NCBI GenBank assembly: GCA_937870865.1
Contig: CALMZY010000133.1
Location: 1-40,284 of the forward strand
DNA length: 40,284 nucleotides
Reading direction: 5' to 3'
Origin: an uncultured Lentisphaerota bacterium
Lineage (GTDB): Bacteria; Verrucomicrobiota; Kiritimatiellia; CAIQIC01; JAGNIJ01
Of the stretch, positions 28,330-39,527 are shown piece by piece; position 1 is the stretch's first letter, and every line of letters starts with the position of its first letter. The translations under genes were made by a program, and so were the position numbers. The notes under the pieces are model-generated. The model searched no databases. It saw only the letters and a program-made list of their open reading frames with translations, and was not told where the DNA came from.

Positions 28330-28623
28330 TCAGGATAACAGCAGAACCTTCGCCTTGGCCGAATCCTCGGCCGGGACTGCCGTATCCGCCAGGACAACGG
28401 CATTCCCGCCGCTGATCTCGATCACGCCCTCGCCGGTTACAAAGTACAGATCCCGGCCTCCGCCCGCCGCGCGCAGGATGCCGCGCTTGAGCGCGGTGAT
28501 CATCGGCGCGTGATGGGCCAGCACGCCGAGGCGTCCCTTGCGGCCCGGGGCTTCAAGCGATTCCACCTCGCCGCGGAACGCCTGGCCCTCGGGTGTGTAA
28601 ATGGCCAGGGTGAACGTTGCCAT
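28330..28623 (-). CDS. atpC: ATP synthase epsilon subunit (short form)
   Basis: IYTPEG, GRLGVLAHHAPMITAL and position after atpD. Confidence 0.93.
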   Translation of the reverse strand: MATFTLAIYTPEGQAFRGEVESLEAPGRKGRLGVLAHHAPMITALKRGILRAAGGGRDLYFVTGEGVIEISGGNAVVLADTAVPAEDSAKAKVLLLS

Positions 28624-28624
28624 G

Positions 28625-30073
<1,449 letters not shown>

Positions 30074-30084
30074 TCAAAAGTCTG

Positions 30085-30945
30085 TCACATCGCCTCGGCG
30101 CCCGAGACGATCTCCGAAATCTCCTTGGTGATGGCGGCCTGCCGGGCCCGATTCCTCAACAGCGTCAGACGCTCGATCATATCGTCCGCATTGTTCGTTG
30201 CGTTGTCCATCGCGGTCATCCGCGCGCCCTGTTCGCCGGCGGCGTTTTCGAGCAGGGCGTGAAACACCTGGAAGTCCAGCATCTTGGGAAGAAGCAGGGC
30301 CAGCAGTCTCTTCTTCCCGGGCTCGTAGAGATACGGGATCTCGTGGCCGGCATCGCCGGCCGTCCTCGGCTCGAACGGAAGAAACGGCTCAACGACCGGT
30401 TTCTGCACCAGCGGGCTTTGATACTGGTTGTAGGCGAGGTAGATGTCGTCATAACGGCCGGCGAGGAACGGCTCCTTCAGTTCCGCGCTGATCCGGCGCG
30501 CATCGGCGTAGGAGGGTTTGTTCGTGACGCCTTCGTAGTTGCGGCGGACTTTCACGCGGTTCTTCAGCGCGTTGTAGCCGCGGCGGCCGCAGAAGCTCAC
30601 GTCCACGCGCTCGAACCGGTTGCCCTGCTCCTGGATCCACGAAACCACGCGCTTGCAGATCTGGTTGTTGAACGAACCGCACAACCCGCGGTCGGAGGTG
30701 AACACCAGCACGAGCGCGCGCTTCGATGCGGCGCGGACCTCCAGGAACGGGTCGCGGAGATCCTCGCCCGCGGACAGGAATCGCGACATGAGTTCCGAGA
30801 GCCGCGCGGAGTAGAGCCGGGCGCCCTCCTGGGCCTGCTGGGCGTGGCGCAGGCGCGTCGCCGCCACCATTTTCATGGTCTTGGTGATTTTGCGCGTGTT
30901 CTTAAGGCTCTTGATCCTGTGCGTGTATTCCTTGAGCGCCTGCAT
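30085..30945 (-). CDS. atpG: ATP synthase gamma subunit
   Basis: KITKTMKMVA, SDRGLCG, ARMTAMDNAT and RQAAITKEI. Confidence 0.97.
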   Translation of the reverse strand: MQALKEYTHRIKSLKNTRKITKTMKMVAATRLRHAQQAQEGARLYSARLSELMSRFLSAGEDLRDPFLEVRAASKRALVLVFTSDRGLCGSFNNQICKRVVSWIQEQGNRFERVDVSFCGRRGYNALKNRVKVRRNYEGVTNKPSYADARRISAELKEPFLAGRYDDIYLAYNQYQSPLVQKPVVEPFLPFEPRTAGDAGHEIPYLYEPGKKRLLALLLPKMLDFQVFHALLENAAGEQGARMTAMDNATNNADDMIERLTLLRNRARQAAITKEISEIVSGAEAM

Positions 30946-30966
30946 AGCTTCTCTTCCGAGCCTGCG

Positions 30967-32490
<1,524 letters not shown>

Positions 32491-32496
32491 GGGACC

Positions 32497-33036
32497 TCAC
32501 GCGGTGATGAGCTTCTGTTTGAAAGTGTCAAGCTGGTGTGCCGTGCTCGAGTTGTAAATGACGTCGCCGATCCGGACCGTGAACCCGCCGAGAAGGGCGG
32601 GGTCGGTTGCCGCCTCCGCCGAAATGCGCTTCTGCAGCTTCGTTTCCAGGTTCTTCCGAAGCGCGTCGATCTGCTCCGCGGAGAGCGGTCGCGCGGCGGT
32701 GATCTTCGCCTTTACGATGCCGCGCTCCTGGTCACGGAGCTCGCCGAAAAAGTCCGCCATCGGCTCGAGCATCCGCATCTGGTGCCTTTCCTCCAGGAAC
32801 ATCAGGAACCGGTACGTCAGCGCGTCCAGCCGCTTCTCGAACAGCGTCTTGAGCAGGTCGATCCGCTGGTCCGGGGGAATCATGTAGTCCGTCAGGAACG
32901 CGGACAGCTCGGGCAGCCGGCGCGCGAGATCGCGCAGCCCGGCGAGGTCGGCCTGCACGTCGTCCACGCGGCCCGCCTCCCGGGCCATCGTGTGGAGGAC
33001 CTTCGCGTACCGGCGGCTTGTGCGTGTGTGAAGCAT
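32497..33036 (-). CDS. atpH: ATP synthase delta subunit
   Basis: Start MLHTRTSRRYAK at 33036 and DPALLGGFTVRIGD. Confidence 0.92.
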   Translation of the reverse strand: MLHTRTSRRYAKVLHTMAREAGRVDDVQADLAGLRDLARRLPELSAFLTDYMIPPDQRIDLLKTLFEKRLDALTYRFLMFLEERHQMRMLEPMADFFGELRDQERGIVKAKITAARPLSAEQIDALRKNLETKLQKRISAEAATDPALLGGFTVRIGDVIYNSSTAHQLDTFKQKLITA

Positions 33037-33041
33037 GTGCG

Positions 33042-33578
33042 TCAGAGCTGGCCGATCAACTTGTCGACCAGGGAACGGTTCTTCTCGTCGTCGAGATTCG
33101 AGCCGATCAGCTTGCCTGCGATCGCGATGGAGAGCTCGGCGCTCTCCCTGCGGAGCGCGGCGACGGCGTTGTCGCGCGCCTTGCCGATGTCGCGCTCGGC
33201 GTTCTCGACGAGGATCTGCGCCTCGCGGCGCGATTTCTCCTCGATCACGCGGCCAGCCTCCTCGGCGGCGCGGCGGGCCGCGGCGAGGATCTCCTTGGCC
33301 TGTTTTTCCGCGTCGGCGACGGCCTGCCGGCGTTTCTCCTCCATGTCCTGGAGCTGGAGGCGGATCTTCTCGGCGTTTTCCTGCGCCGTGCGGATCGTCT
33401 GCTCGCGGCGTTCGAGCGTCGCGAGGATCGGCCTCCAGGCCACCTTGTAGAGGATGAGGGTGACGAGGATGAAGGTCACCCACGTCAGGCCCATCATCAT
33501 GGGCGAGATGGCCATGACGTCGGCCTCGCCGTTGTGCGAAGGCACTTCGACCGTTGCGTGTGTTGCCTGGTCCTGCAT
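33042..33578 (-). CDS. atpF: ATP synthase Fo subunit b
   Basis: TM segment followed by WRPILATLERREQTI and a long charged helix. Confidence 0.93.
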   Translation of the reverse strand: MQDQATHATVEVPSHNGEADVMAISPMMMGLTWVTFILVTLILYKVAWRPILATLERREQTIRTAQENAEKIRLQLQDMEEKRRQAVADAEKQAKEILAAARRAAEEAGRVIEEKSRREAQILVENAERDIGKARDNAVAALRRESAELSIAIAGKLIGSNLDDEKNRSLVDKLIGQL

Positions 33579-33602
33579 ACGTCGGTTCCGGGGAACCCGC
33601 GG

Positions 33603-33818
33603 TTACTTGGCCAGGAAGCAGATCACCGCGCCGAACAGCGCGATGCCTTCGATCAGCGCCGCCGCGATCAGCATGTTGATCTGGATCTTGGGCGTCGCCT
33701 CGGGCTGGCGGGCGATGCCTTCCATGGCGGAAGCCGCCAGCCGGCCGATGCCGATGCCCGCGCCGATCGTCACGAGTCCCGCGCCGAGCGCGGCCAATCC
33801 TGCTGTAATGCTGCCCAT
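33603..33818 (-). CDS. atpE: ATP synthase Fo subunit c (H+-type)
   Basis: GAGIGIG, ARQPEA loop and essential Glu in LIEG. AAAGGA SD before ATG 33818. Confidence 0.96.
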   Translation of the reverse strand: MGSITAGLAALGAGLVTIGAGIGIGRLAASAMEGIARQPEATPKIQINMLIAAALIEGIALFGAVICFLAK

Positions 33819-33834
33819 ACGTATTCCTTTCTGA

Positions 33835-34602
33835 TTAGTGCTCCGGGTGAACCATCTGACCGATGAACATCGCTGAAAGCAACGTGAAGATATAGGCCTG
33901 CAGAAAAGCGATAAACAACTCCAAAAAGTAGACACCCATGGCGAGGGCCATGGCCGGCAGGGCGGCCCAGCCGAAGATCACGACGAGGCCCAGCAGCGCG
34001 AAGATGACGATGTGGCCCGCCAGCATGTTCGCGAAGAGACGGATGGTCAGCGCGAAGGCCTTGATGAACATCCCGATGAACTCGATCGGCGTCAGCAGGA
34101 AGAGCAGGGGCCACGGGACGCCGTGCGGCACGAACGCCTTCACGAACCCGATGAATCCGTTCTTGTAGATCGAGCCGAAGATCATGAAGCCGAGCGTGAT
34201 CAGCGCCAGCGCGGCGGTGACGTTCACGTTGCCGGTCGCGGCGCGGAAAATCGGGATCAGGCCCATCAGGTTGAGGCCGAGGATAAAGAAGAAGAAGCTG
34301 CAAAACAGCGGCGTCATTTTCCGGCCATCCTTGTCGCCGAGGCAGGCGATCGAGATCTGGTCGCGGACGAAGAGGACGAACACCTCGAGGAGATTGGTCA
34401 ACCCGTGCGGCACGACGTCCTTCTTGCGGTACAGGACGCCGAACAGCAGGAGCAGGATGGACGCGCAGAGGATGAGCATCACGCCATGGACGCTGAGGAA
34501 ATCGGGCAGGTGGACCTTGATGAAGGGCAGGACCCACTCGTGGGAGTCCTGCACCTCCTCCATGATGTACTGATTGACTGCCGCGGTTTTGTCCATGGTC
34601 AC
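33835..34602 (-). CDS. atpB: ATP synthase Fo subunit a
   Basis: NLMGLIP, IRLFANMLAGH and LQAYIFTLLS. Start is GTG 34602 or ATG 34596. Confidence 0.96.
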   Translation of the reverse strand: MTMDKTAAVNQYIMEEVQDSHEWVLPFIKVHLPDFLSVHGVMLILCASILLLLFGVLYRKKDVVPHGLTNLLEVFVLFVRDQISIACLGDKDGRKMTPLFCSFFFFILGLNLMGLIPIFRAATGNVNVTAALALITLGFMIFGSIYKNGFIGFVKAFVPHGVPWPLLFLLTPIEFIGMFIKAFALTIRLFANMLAGHIVIFALLGLVVIFGWAALPAMALAMGVYFLELFIAFLQAYIFTLLSAMFIGQMVHPEH

Positions 34603-34605
34603 ATA

Positions 34606-34676
34606 TCGTACTCGTCCTTCTCCTCGATTCGATCTCGTCCTCGAAGAACGAGGACGAGAACGAGGACGACGACGAG
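34606..34676. repeat. Inverted hexamer-repeat element (CTCGTC/GACGAG) between atpZ and atpB
   Basis: tcgtac-tcgtcc...ctcgtcctcg-aagaa-cgaggacgag-aacgag-gacgac-gacgag, with a perfect 10-bp inner stem. Confidence 0.8.
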
Positions 34677-34685
34677 TTCCTGTTT

Positions 34686-34946
34686 CTATGCCGCAGGTCT
34701 TCCTTCCTCGTCCTTCCGCCCGGCCTTTTTACTCAATTGGCGGACCACCTTCCAGACCTCGTACGCCCCGTAAAACAGCCCCAGGAAAATACCGCAGAGC
34801 GTCCATGCCTTGCCGCCGCCGCGCTTCTGGTCCAGCCAGTAGCCGGCCAGGGTAAACACGACCACCCCCACGGCCATGTTCAGGCCGAGCGAAATCGCCG
34901 TCCCATAGAACGAATACAACTCCTTTTTCCTCGCGTCGTCCTGCAA
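34686..34946 (-). CDS. AtpZ/AtpI family (ATPase gene 1) two-TM protein
   Basis: LGLNMAVGVVVFTLAGYWLDQK...WTLCGIFLG. First gene of the atp operon; TTG start uncertain. Confidence 0.85.
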   Translation of the reverse strand: MQDDARKKELYSFYGTAISLGLNMAVGVVVFTLAGYWLDQKRGGGKAWTLCGIFLGLFYGAYEVWKVVRQLSKKAGRKDEEGRPAA

Positions 34947-34975
34947 AAAAGCCCCGCGGTAGAATCTTGTTTGGA

Positions 34976-35004
34976 AGAATACGGCAAAGTAGTATGGGTC
35001 TCAA
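34976..35004 (-). promoter_or_regulatory. Sigma70 promoter of the atp operon
   Basis: TTGAGA-N17-TATTCT on the minus strand. Confidence 0.6.
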
Positions 35005-35038
35005 GGGCGATTAATCCACCCGGTGGAACGAGGCTTTT

Positions 35039-35734
35039 ATGGATCATATGGCGTTGTTGAAGAAGTACATCCGCGAGAAGGAAGACGCGGATATCATCAA
35101 TCGCGGCTATCCCTTTGTCACCATTTCCCGCCAGGCGGGGGCGGGGGGTCATGCGCTGGCGCGCGACATCCTCTGGGAGATGGACAACCACGCGCAGAAC
35201 AACGAGCTGTTCCAGGGGTGGGACCTGTTCGATCAAACCGTCTGCGCCCTCGTCATGCAGGATCCCGAGGTCAGCGCCTCGTTCGATGCCCTGGTCACGG
35301 AGGAGTACCGGTCGGAGACCTCGCAGTTTCTCTACGACATGATGACCGGCCGGAGCCAGCAGTATGCGACGTACAAGCGTATTTTCGAGATCGTCCGCAT
35401 CCTGGCCACCCTGGGCAAGGCCATTATCATCGGCCGCGCCGGCGTCTGCGTGACGCACAAGATGCCGCACGGCATCCACATCCGTCTCATCGCGTCCGAG
35501 GAAAGCCGGATCAAGACGCTGATGAAGGAGCAGAACCTCGGCTATGACGAGGCCCGGAAATTCATGCAGAAGAGCGACAGGGAAAGAGAGCGCCTCATCA
35601 AGGATTTCTTCAACAAGGACATCAACGATCCGCTTCTGTTCGACGTCACCTTCAACATGGATACGCAGTCGACTGCGGACCTGGCGGCGATCATCGTCCA
35701 GATGATCAAGCTGAAGGCGAAGAAGACGCACTGA
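35039..35734 (+). CDS. Cytidylate kinase-like family protein (Cytidylate_kin2)
   Basis: VTISRQAGAGG, AIIIGRAG, HIRLIAS, SDRER and FDVTFN. Confidence 0.85.
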   Translation: MDHMALLKKYIREKEDADIINRGYPFVTISRQAGAGGHALARDILWEMDNHAQNNELFQGWDLFDQTVCALVMQDPEVSASFDALVTEEYRSETSQFLYDMMTGRSQQYATYKRIFEIVRILATLGKAIIIGRAGVCVTHKMPHGIHIRLIASEESRIKTLMKEQNLGYDEARKFMQKSDRERERLIKDFFNKDINDPLLFDVTFNMDTQSTADLAAIIVQMIKLKAKKTH

Positions 35735-35744
35735 CGCCGTTTCG

Positions 35745-36953
35745 TCAACATCTCCACCGGTGGACGCGCACGCCCGACCCGGCGCGAAAGGCTTTCTTCT
35801 CGTCCGGCAGCTCGATGAAGCCGTCGCTCCGGCCGGGGGAAACGACGTCGCCGGGGCCGAAGTAGGGCGTGCGCCGTGCGGTCAGCGTGCCGTCGGGGCG
35901 CGAAGAGAGCTGGACCGGGAAGTAGTGCGTGACGAACTCCTCCGTCAGGATGTCCTGTTCCAGCTCGGCGAATTCGTCCGGCCATGGCGCGGCCCCCATG
36001 GATTTGCGGAGGAACGGCAGGACAAAGCGGTGCATGCAGACGAGGGCGGAGACCGGGTCTCCCGGCAGGGCGAAGACCGGTTTCCTGTCCCGGGTGATTC
36101 CGAACCAGAACGCCTTGCCGGGGCGCTGGTTGACCTTGTCGAAAACCATCTTCACGTCCAGCGATTTGAGCACGCCCGGCACAAAATCGAATTCGCCCGC
36201 GGAAATGCCGCCGTTGACGACGATCAGGTCGAAATCCTTCAGGATGCCCTTGAGCACGCGTTCGAGCTGCCGCGGCTCGTTCCTCGTGTGGAACATCGAC
36301 ACGTTCGCGCAGCCCGTGTTGCCCAGCGCCGCGTTGATCCCGTAGTTGTTCGAGAGCCGCAGTTGGTGCGGCTGAATCTCCATCCCCAGGTCCAGCAACT
36401 CGTTGCCGCACGCCAGCGCGGCGACGGAGGGCGTGCAGCTGACCTCGACACTGGAGAGGCCGATCGACGCGATGACTTCCACCTGGGGGGAGAGGAGAAC
36501 GTTGCCTTTCGCCAGGAGCAGGGCGCCTTTCCGGCTGTCCGTCCCCTGCGGATGAACGTGCTGGCCCTTCTGGGCAACGGCGTTTTCCGAAACGACCGAT
36601 TCGCTGCCGTTGGTCCGAAGCTCGTTGTAGGGGATGACGCAGTCGCACCCCGCGGGGAGAACCGCGCCCGCCATGACCTCGATGCAGCCGGCATTCCGAT
36701 CCTGCAGTTCGCTCCTCGGTTCGCCGGCCTGCGCGGTTCCCTCGATCCTGAACCGGCGGTGGCCCTGTTGCCACGCCGGAAAGGCGATGGCGATTCCGTC
36801 GATGGTCACTCGGTCATACGGCGGCAGGTCGCGGTCCGCGAAAATATCCTCGCCCAGCACCTTCCCGTGCGCGCTGGACAGGGGGCACAGGGCGGTATCG
36901 AGTTCCAGCGAATTGTAGAGGATGGTTTTTTCCGCGTCCTCAACGGTGATCAT
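35745..36953 (-). CDS. moeA: Molybdopterin molybdotransferase
   Basis: ADRDLPPYDRV-IDG, MAGAVLPAGCDCVI, GNEL, GGISAG, RPGK and LPGDPVS. GGAGG SD. Confidence 0.88.
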   Translation of the reverse strand: MITVEDAEKTILYNSLELDTALCPLSSAHGKVLGEDIFADRDLPPYDRVTIDGIAIAFPAWQQGHRRFRIEGTAQAGEPRSELQDRNAGCIEVMAGAVLPAGCDCVIPYNELRTNGSESVVSENAVAQKGQHVHPQGTDSRKGALLLAKGNVLLSPQVEVIASIGLSSVEVSCTPSVAALACGNELLDLGMEIQPHQLRLSNNYGINAALGNTGCANVSMFHTRNEPRQLERVLKGILKDFDLIVVNGGISAGEFDFVPGVLKSLDVKMVFDKVNQRPGKAFWFGITRDRKPVFALPGDPVSALVCMHRFVLPFLRKSMGAAPWPDEFAELEQDILTEEFVTHYFPVQLSSRPDGTLTARRTPYFGPGDVVSPGRSDGFIELPDEKKAFRAGSGVRVHRWRC

Positions 36954-37086
36954 GATTTCCCTCCCATCTCATGTGCCTTGCGACGCAAGGACTGGAGCCG
37001 AATCATGCATCCGCGGCAACGCCGACCTGCGGTTCCCCACGACATCCGCCCGGACGTCGCGATCCGGGCGACGGGGCCGGCAGGTC

Positions 37087-37482
37087 CTAATCGAAGTAAA
37101 TGAACGCGTCGAACCGGTTGGAGTCGTTGGGATCGACGCTCAACTCCAGGATCGTCCTCTCGCCTTCGAGGATGTCCACATCGCCCCGGAACACGCGATA
37201 GGTGTGATCCTGGTCGACGACCACGCGGCGAACATCCGGATCGAGATCGTACCATTCGTTGTCGTCGTCATCCACGCCCCGTTGTTCAACCCCGTCGATG
37301 TACACATTGCAGTCATTCGGAGTCCGGTTCACGACGTACAGCGTGCCTTTTCCGGCGGGCGGTTCATGGTCGAAATCGTCATCGTTGATGTCGCAGCCCA
37401 GGAAGGGGAGGGAAAGCGACACGGTGATGGCGGCGAGCAGGAAGGTTCTTCCAAGGCACAACTCGTTTTGTCGTTTGGGCAT
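37087..37482 (-). CDS. Small acidic lipoprotein with a PEGA-like beta domain
   Basis: Lipobox FLGC and GTLYVVN...NVYIDG. GAGGTG SD before ATG 37482. Confidence 0.7.
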   Translation of the reverse strand: MPKRQNELCLGRTFLLAAITVSLSLPFLGCDINDDDFDHEPPAGKGTLYVVNRTPNDCNVYIDGVEQRGVDDDDNEWYDLDPDVRRVVVDQDHTYRVFRGDVDILEGERTILELSVDPNDSNRFDAFIYFD

Positions 37483-37542
37483 GCTGCACCTCTTGAGTGT
37501 TGTTTGAAGGATAACGTGGACAAAGGCGCTGAACAAGACGAT

Positions 37543-38013
37543 TCAGGAAACTTCTGCGGCGGGCGCGCGCGCGGCAGACTCCCCGCCGGGACCTGCGCTT
37601 TTCCCGTTCACATCGCTCAGCATCTTCTCGCATTCCGGGCAGGCGTTGCGTTCGAGGGAGATGGGGTAGTGCTTCATGAAGTATTCGTCCACGTGCTCCC
37701 ACTTCCCGTCGGCGGTCTTGACGCGGTGGCAGTAAAGACATCCCCGGAGAAGGTTCCGGAGCATGGCGCGCTGCTGTTCGTAGGTACAGCCGATGGCGAT
37801 CACGGCGGCGCCGATAACGGCGGCGGAGACCAGGCAGACGCGATGGAGATTGAACGCCGTGGCCTCGGCCCCGAACGCCCTGTGCGGAATGTCCAGGATT
37901 TCAAGCACCCACACGAAGCTGAGGAGAAACAGGAACGCCATGTACTGCCAGAACGCGATACGCGCAAACGCGTCGCGGCGCAAGAGCCCGGTCGTCCGTT
38001 GTGTTGTCTGCAT
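37543..38013 (-). CDS. Two-TM membrane protein with a C-terminal CxxC...CxxC domain
   Basis: Two hydrophobic helices followed by CLYCHRVKTADGKWEHVDEYF...CPEC. Confidence 0.7.
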   Translation of the reverse strand: MQTTQRTTGLLRRDAFARIAFWQYMAFLFLLSFVWVLEILDIPHRAFGAEATAFNLHRVCLVSAAVIGAAVIAIGCTYEQQRAMLRNLLRGCLYCHRVKTADGKWEHVDEYFMKHYPISLERNACPECEKMLSDVNGKSAGPGGESAARAPAAEVS

Positions 38014-38213
38014 GTCGCGCCCTTCCTGTTCGTCGGGTCGTTCCGCCGGGTCAGCCGTGAAATGAACACCGGGCCCGCCCCGTTGTCTGATCCATGGGTT
38101 CGGATTCCTCCCAGTGAGGGATATAACCAAATGACCGCAATCTGTTTAGAACCCCGTCTCCGCTTGTGCGGCTGGCTGTCCCGGGTTATTGTTTGTCGAA
38201 GAAAGGTTTCGTG

Positions 38214-39503
38214 ATGAGCAAATCAACTGTAGCGATCTTGAGAACGCGGCCCGCGACCGTGCTGTCGGATTACCACCGGCTGATGAACCTGGCGGGTTAC
38301 CAGCAGGCCCTGCCGAAAGACCGCGAAACCGGCCTGAAAATCAACATCAGCTGGCATTTCTTCTATCCCGCGAGTTCCACCACGCCGTGGCAGTTGGATG
38401 GCGTGATCCGCGCCCTCAAGAAGGACGGTTATGATCCCGGCAAGATCCACGGCTGCCACAACCGGACCGTCGTGATCGACGCGCATCTCGGCGAGCGCGA
38501 GAACAAGCAGTTGCCGGTCATCCAGGCCCACGGCCTGAAGAATGTTCATCTCTACGAGGGCGATGAATGGATCAACGTGCGGGACGCCGTGGGCGATCTG
38601 GCCGACAAGTTCCTGTGCCTGAACCAGGTCTATCCCCAGGGCTTCATGATCCCGAAGCGGTTCATCGGCGAGAACATCATCCACCTGCCCACCGTCAAGA
38701 CGCACGTGTTCACCACGACGACCGGCGCGATGAAGAACGCGTTCGGCGGATTGCTGAACGAGAAGCGGCACTGGACCCATCCCGTGATCCACGAGACGCT
38801 CGTGGACCTGCTCATGATCCAGAAGAAAATCCACAGCGGCGTGTTCGCCGTGATGGACGGCACGTTCGCCGGCGACGGTCCCGGACCGCGCTGCATGATC
38901 CCCCACGTCAAGAACGTGATCCTCGCGTCGTCCGACCAGGTCGCGATCGACGCTGTGGCGGCGAGGCTGATGGGGTTTGATCCTCTGAAGGACATCAAGT
39001 TCATCCGGCTCGCGCACGACCTCGGCCTCGGCTGCGGCGATCCGCGGGAGATCGAGATCGTGGGCGATGCCGACGCCGTGAACGAGCCGTGGCATTTCAA
39101 CGGTCCGTTCAAGAAGATGACGTTCGCGAGCCGCATGCAGCATAAGATCTACTGGGGCCCGCTGAAGAAGCCCATCGAGTGGTCGCTGAAAACCATCCTC
39201 GCGCCGTGGGCCTACATGGCGAGCGTGCTGTACCACGACACCTTCTGGTATCCCACGCACCAGAAGATCATTCATGACATCCTTCACAGCGACTGGGGGC
39301 GCCTGTTCCAGAATTGGGAGAAGCTCGCCCTGCCGCCGGACGACCTGACAACGCCGGGCTGGGAGAACGTCGGCAACGAGCCGGCGGAACTGAGGAAGGA
39401 GAGTATGAAGTTCTTCCTGGAATCCTTCCGCATTCTCGGCCTGTGCGTCAAGGAAGCGCCCGAATTCGCCGCGAAGAAGAGGATGAAGGCGGGCGCGCGG
39501 TAG
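38214..39503 (+). CDS. DUF362 domain protein
   Basis: LKINISW, IIHLPTVKTH, TGAMKNAFG, AVMDG and DQVAIDAVAARLMGFDP. Confidence 0.85.
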   Translation: MSKSTVAILRTRPATVLSDYHRLMNLAGYQQALPKDRETGLKINISWHFFYPASSTTPWQLDGVIRALKKDGYDPGKIHGCHNRTVVIDAHLGERENKQLPVIQAHGLKNVHLYEGDEWINVRDAVGDLADKFLCLNQVYPQGFMIPKRFIGENIIHLPTVKTHVFTTTTGAMKNAFGGLLNEKRHWTHPVIHETLVDLLMIQKKIHSGVFAVMDGTFAGDGPGPRCMIPHVKNVILASSDQVAIDAVAARLMGFDPLKDIKFIRLAHDLGLGCGDPREIEIVGDADAVNEPWHFNGPFKKMTFASRMQHKIYWGPLKKPIEWSLKTILAPWAYMASVLYHDTFWYPTHQKIIHDILHSDWGRLFQNWEKLALPPDDLTTPGWENVGNEPAELRKESMKFFLESFRILGLCVKEAPEFAAKKRMKAGAR

Positions 39504-39527
39504 GGGGGGGCCGCCGGATCGACGGTC

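Noticed and set aside
36954-37086. Moco riboswitch upstream of moeA
   Set aside because: The conserved Moco RNA motif words are not evident; only generic hairpins are present.
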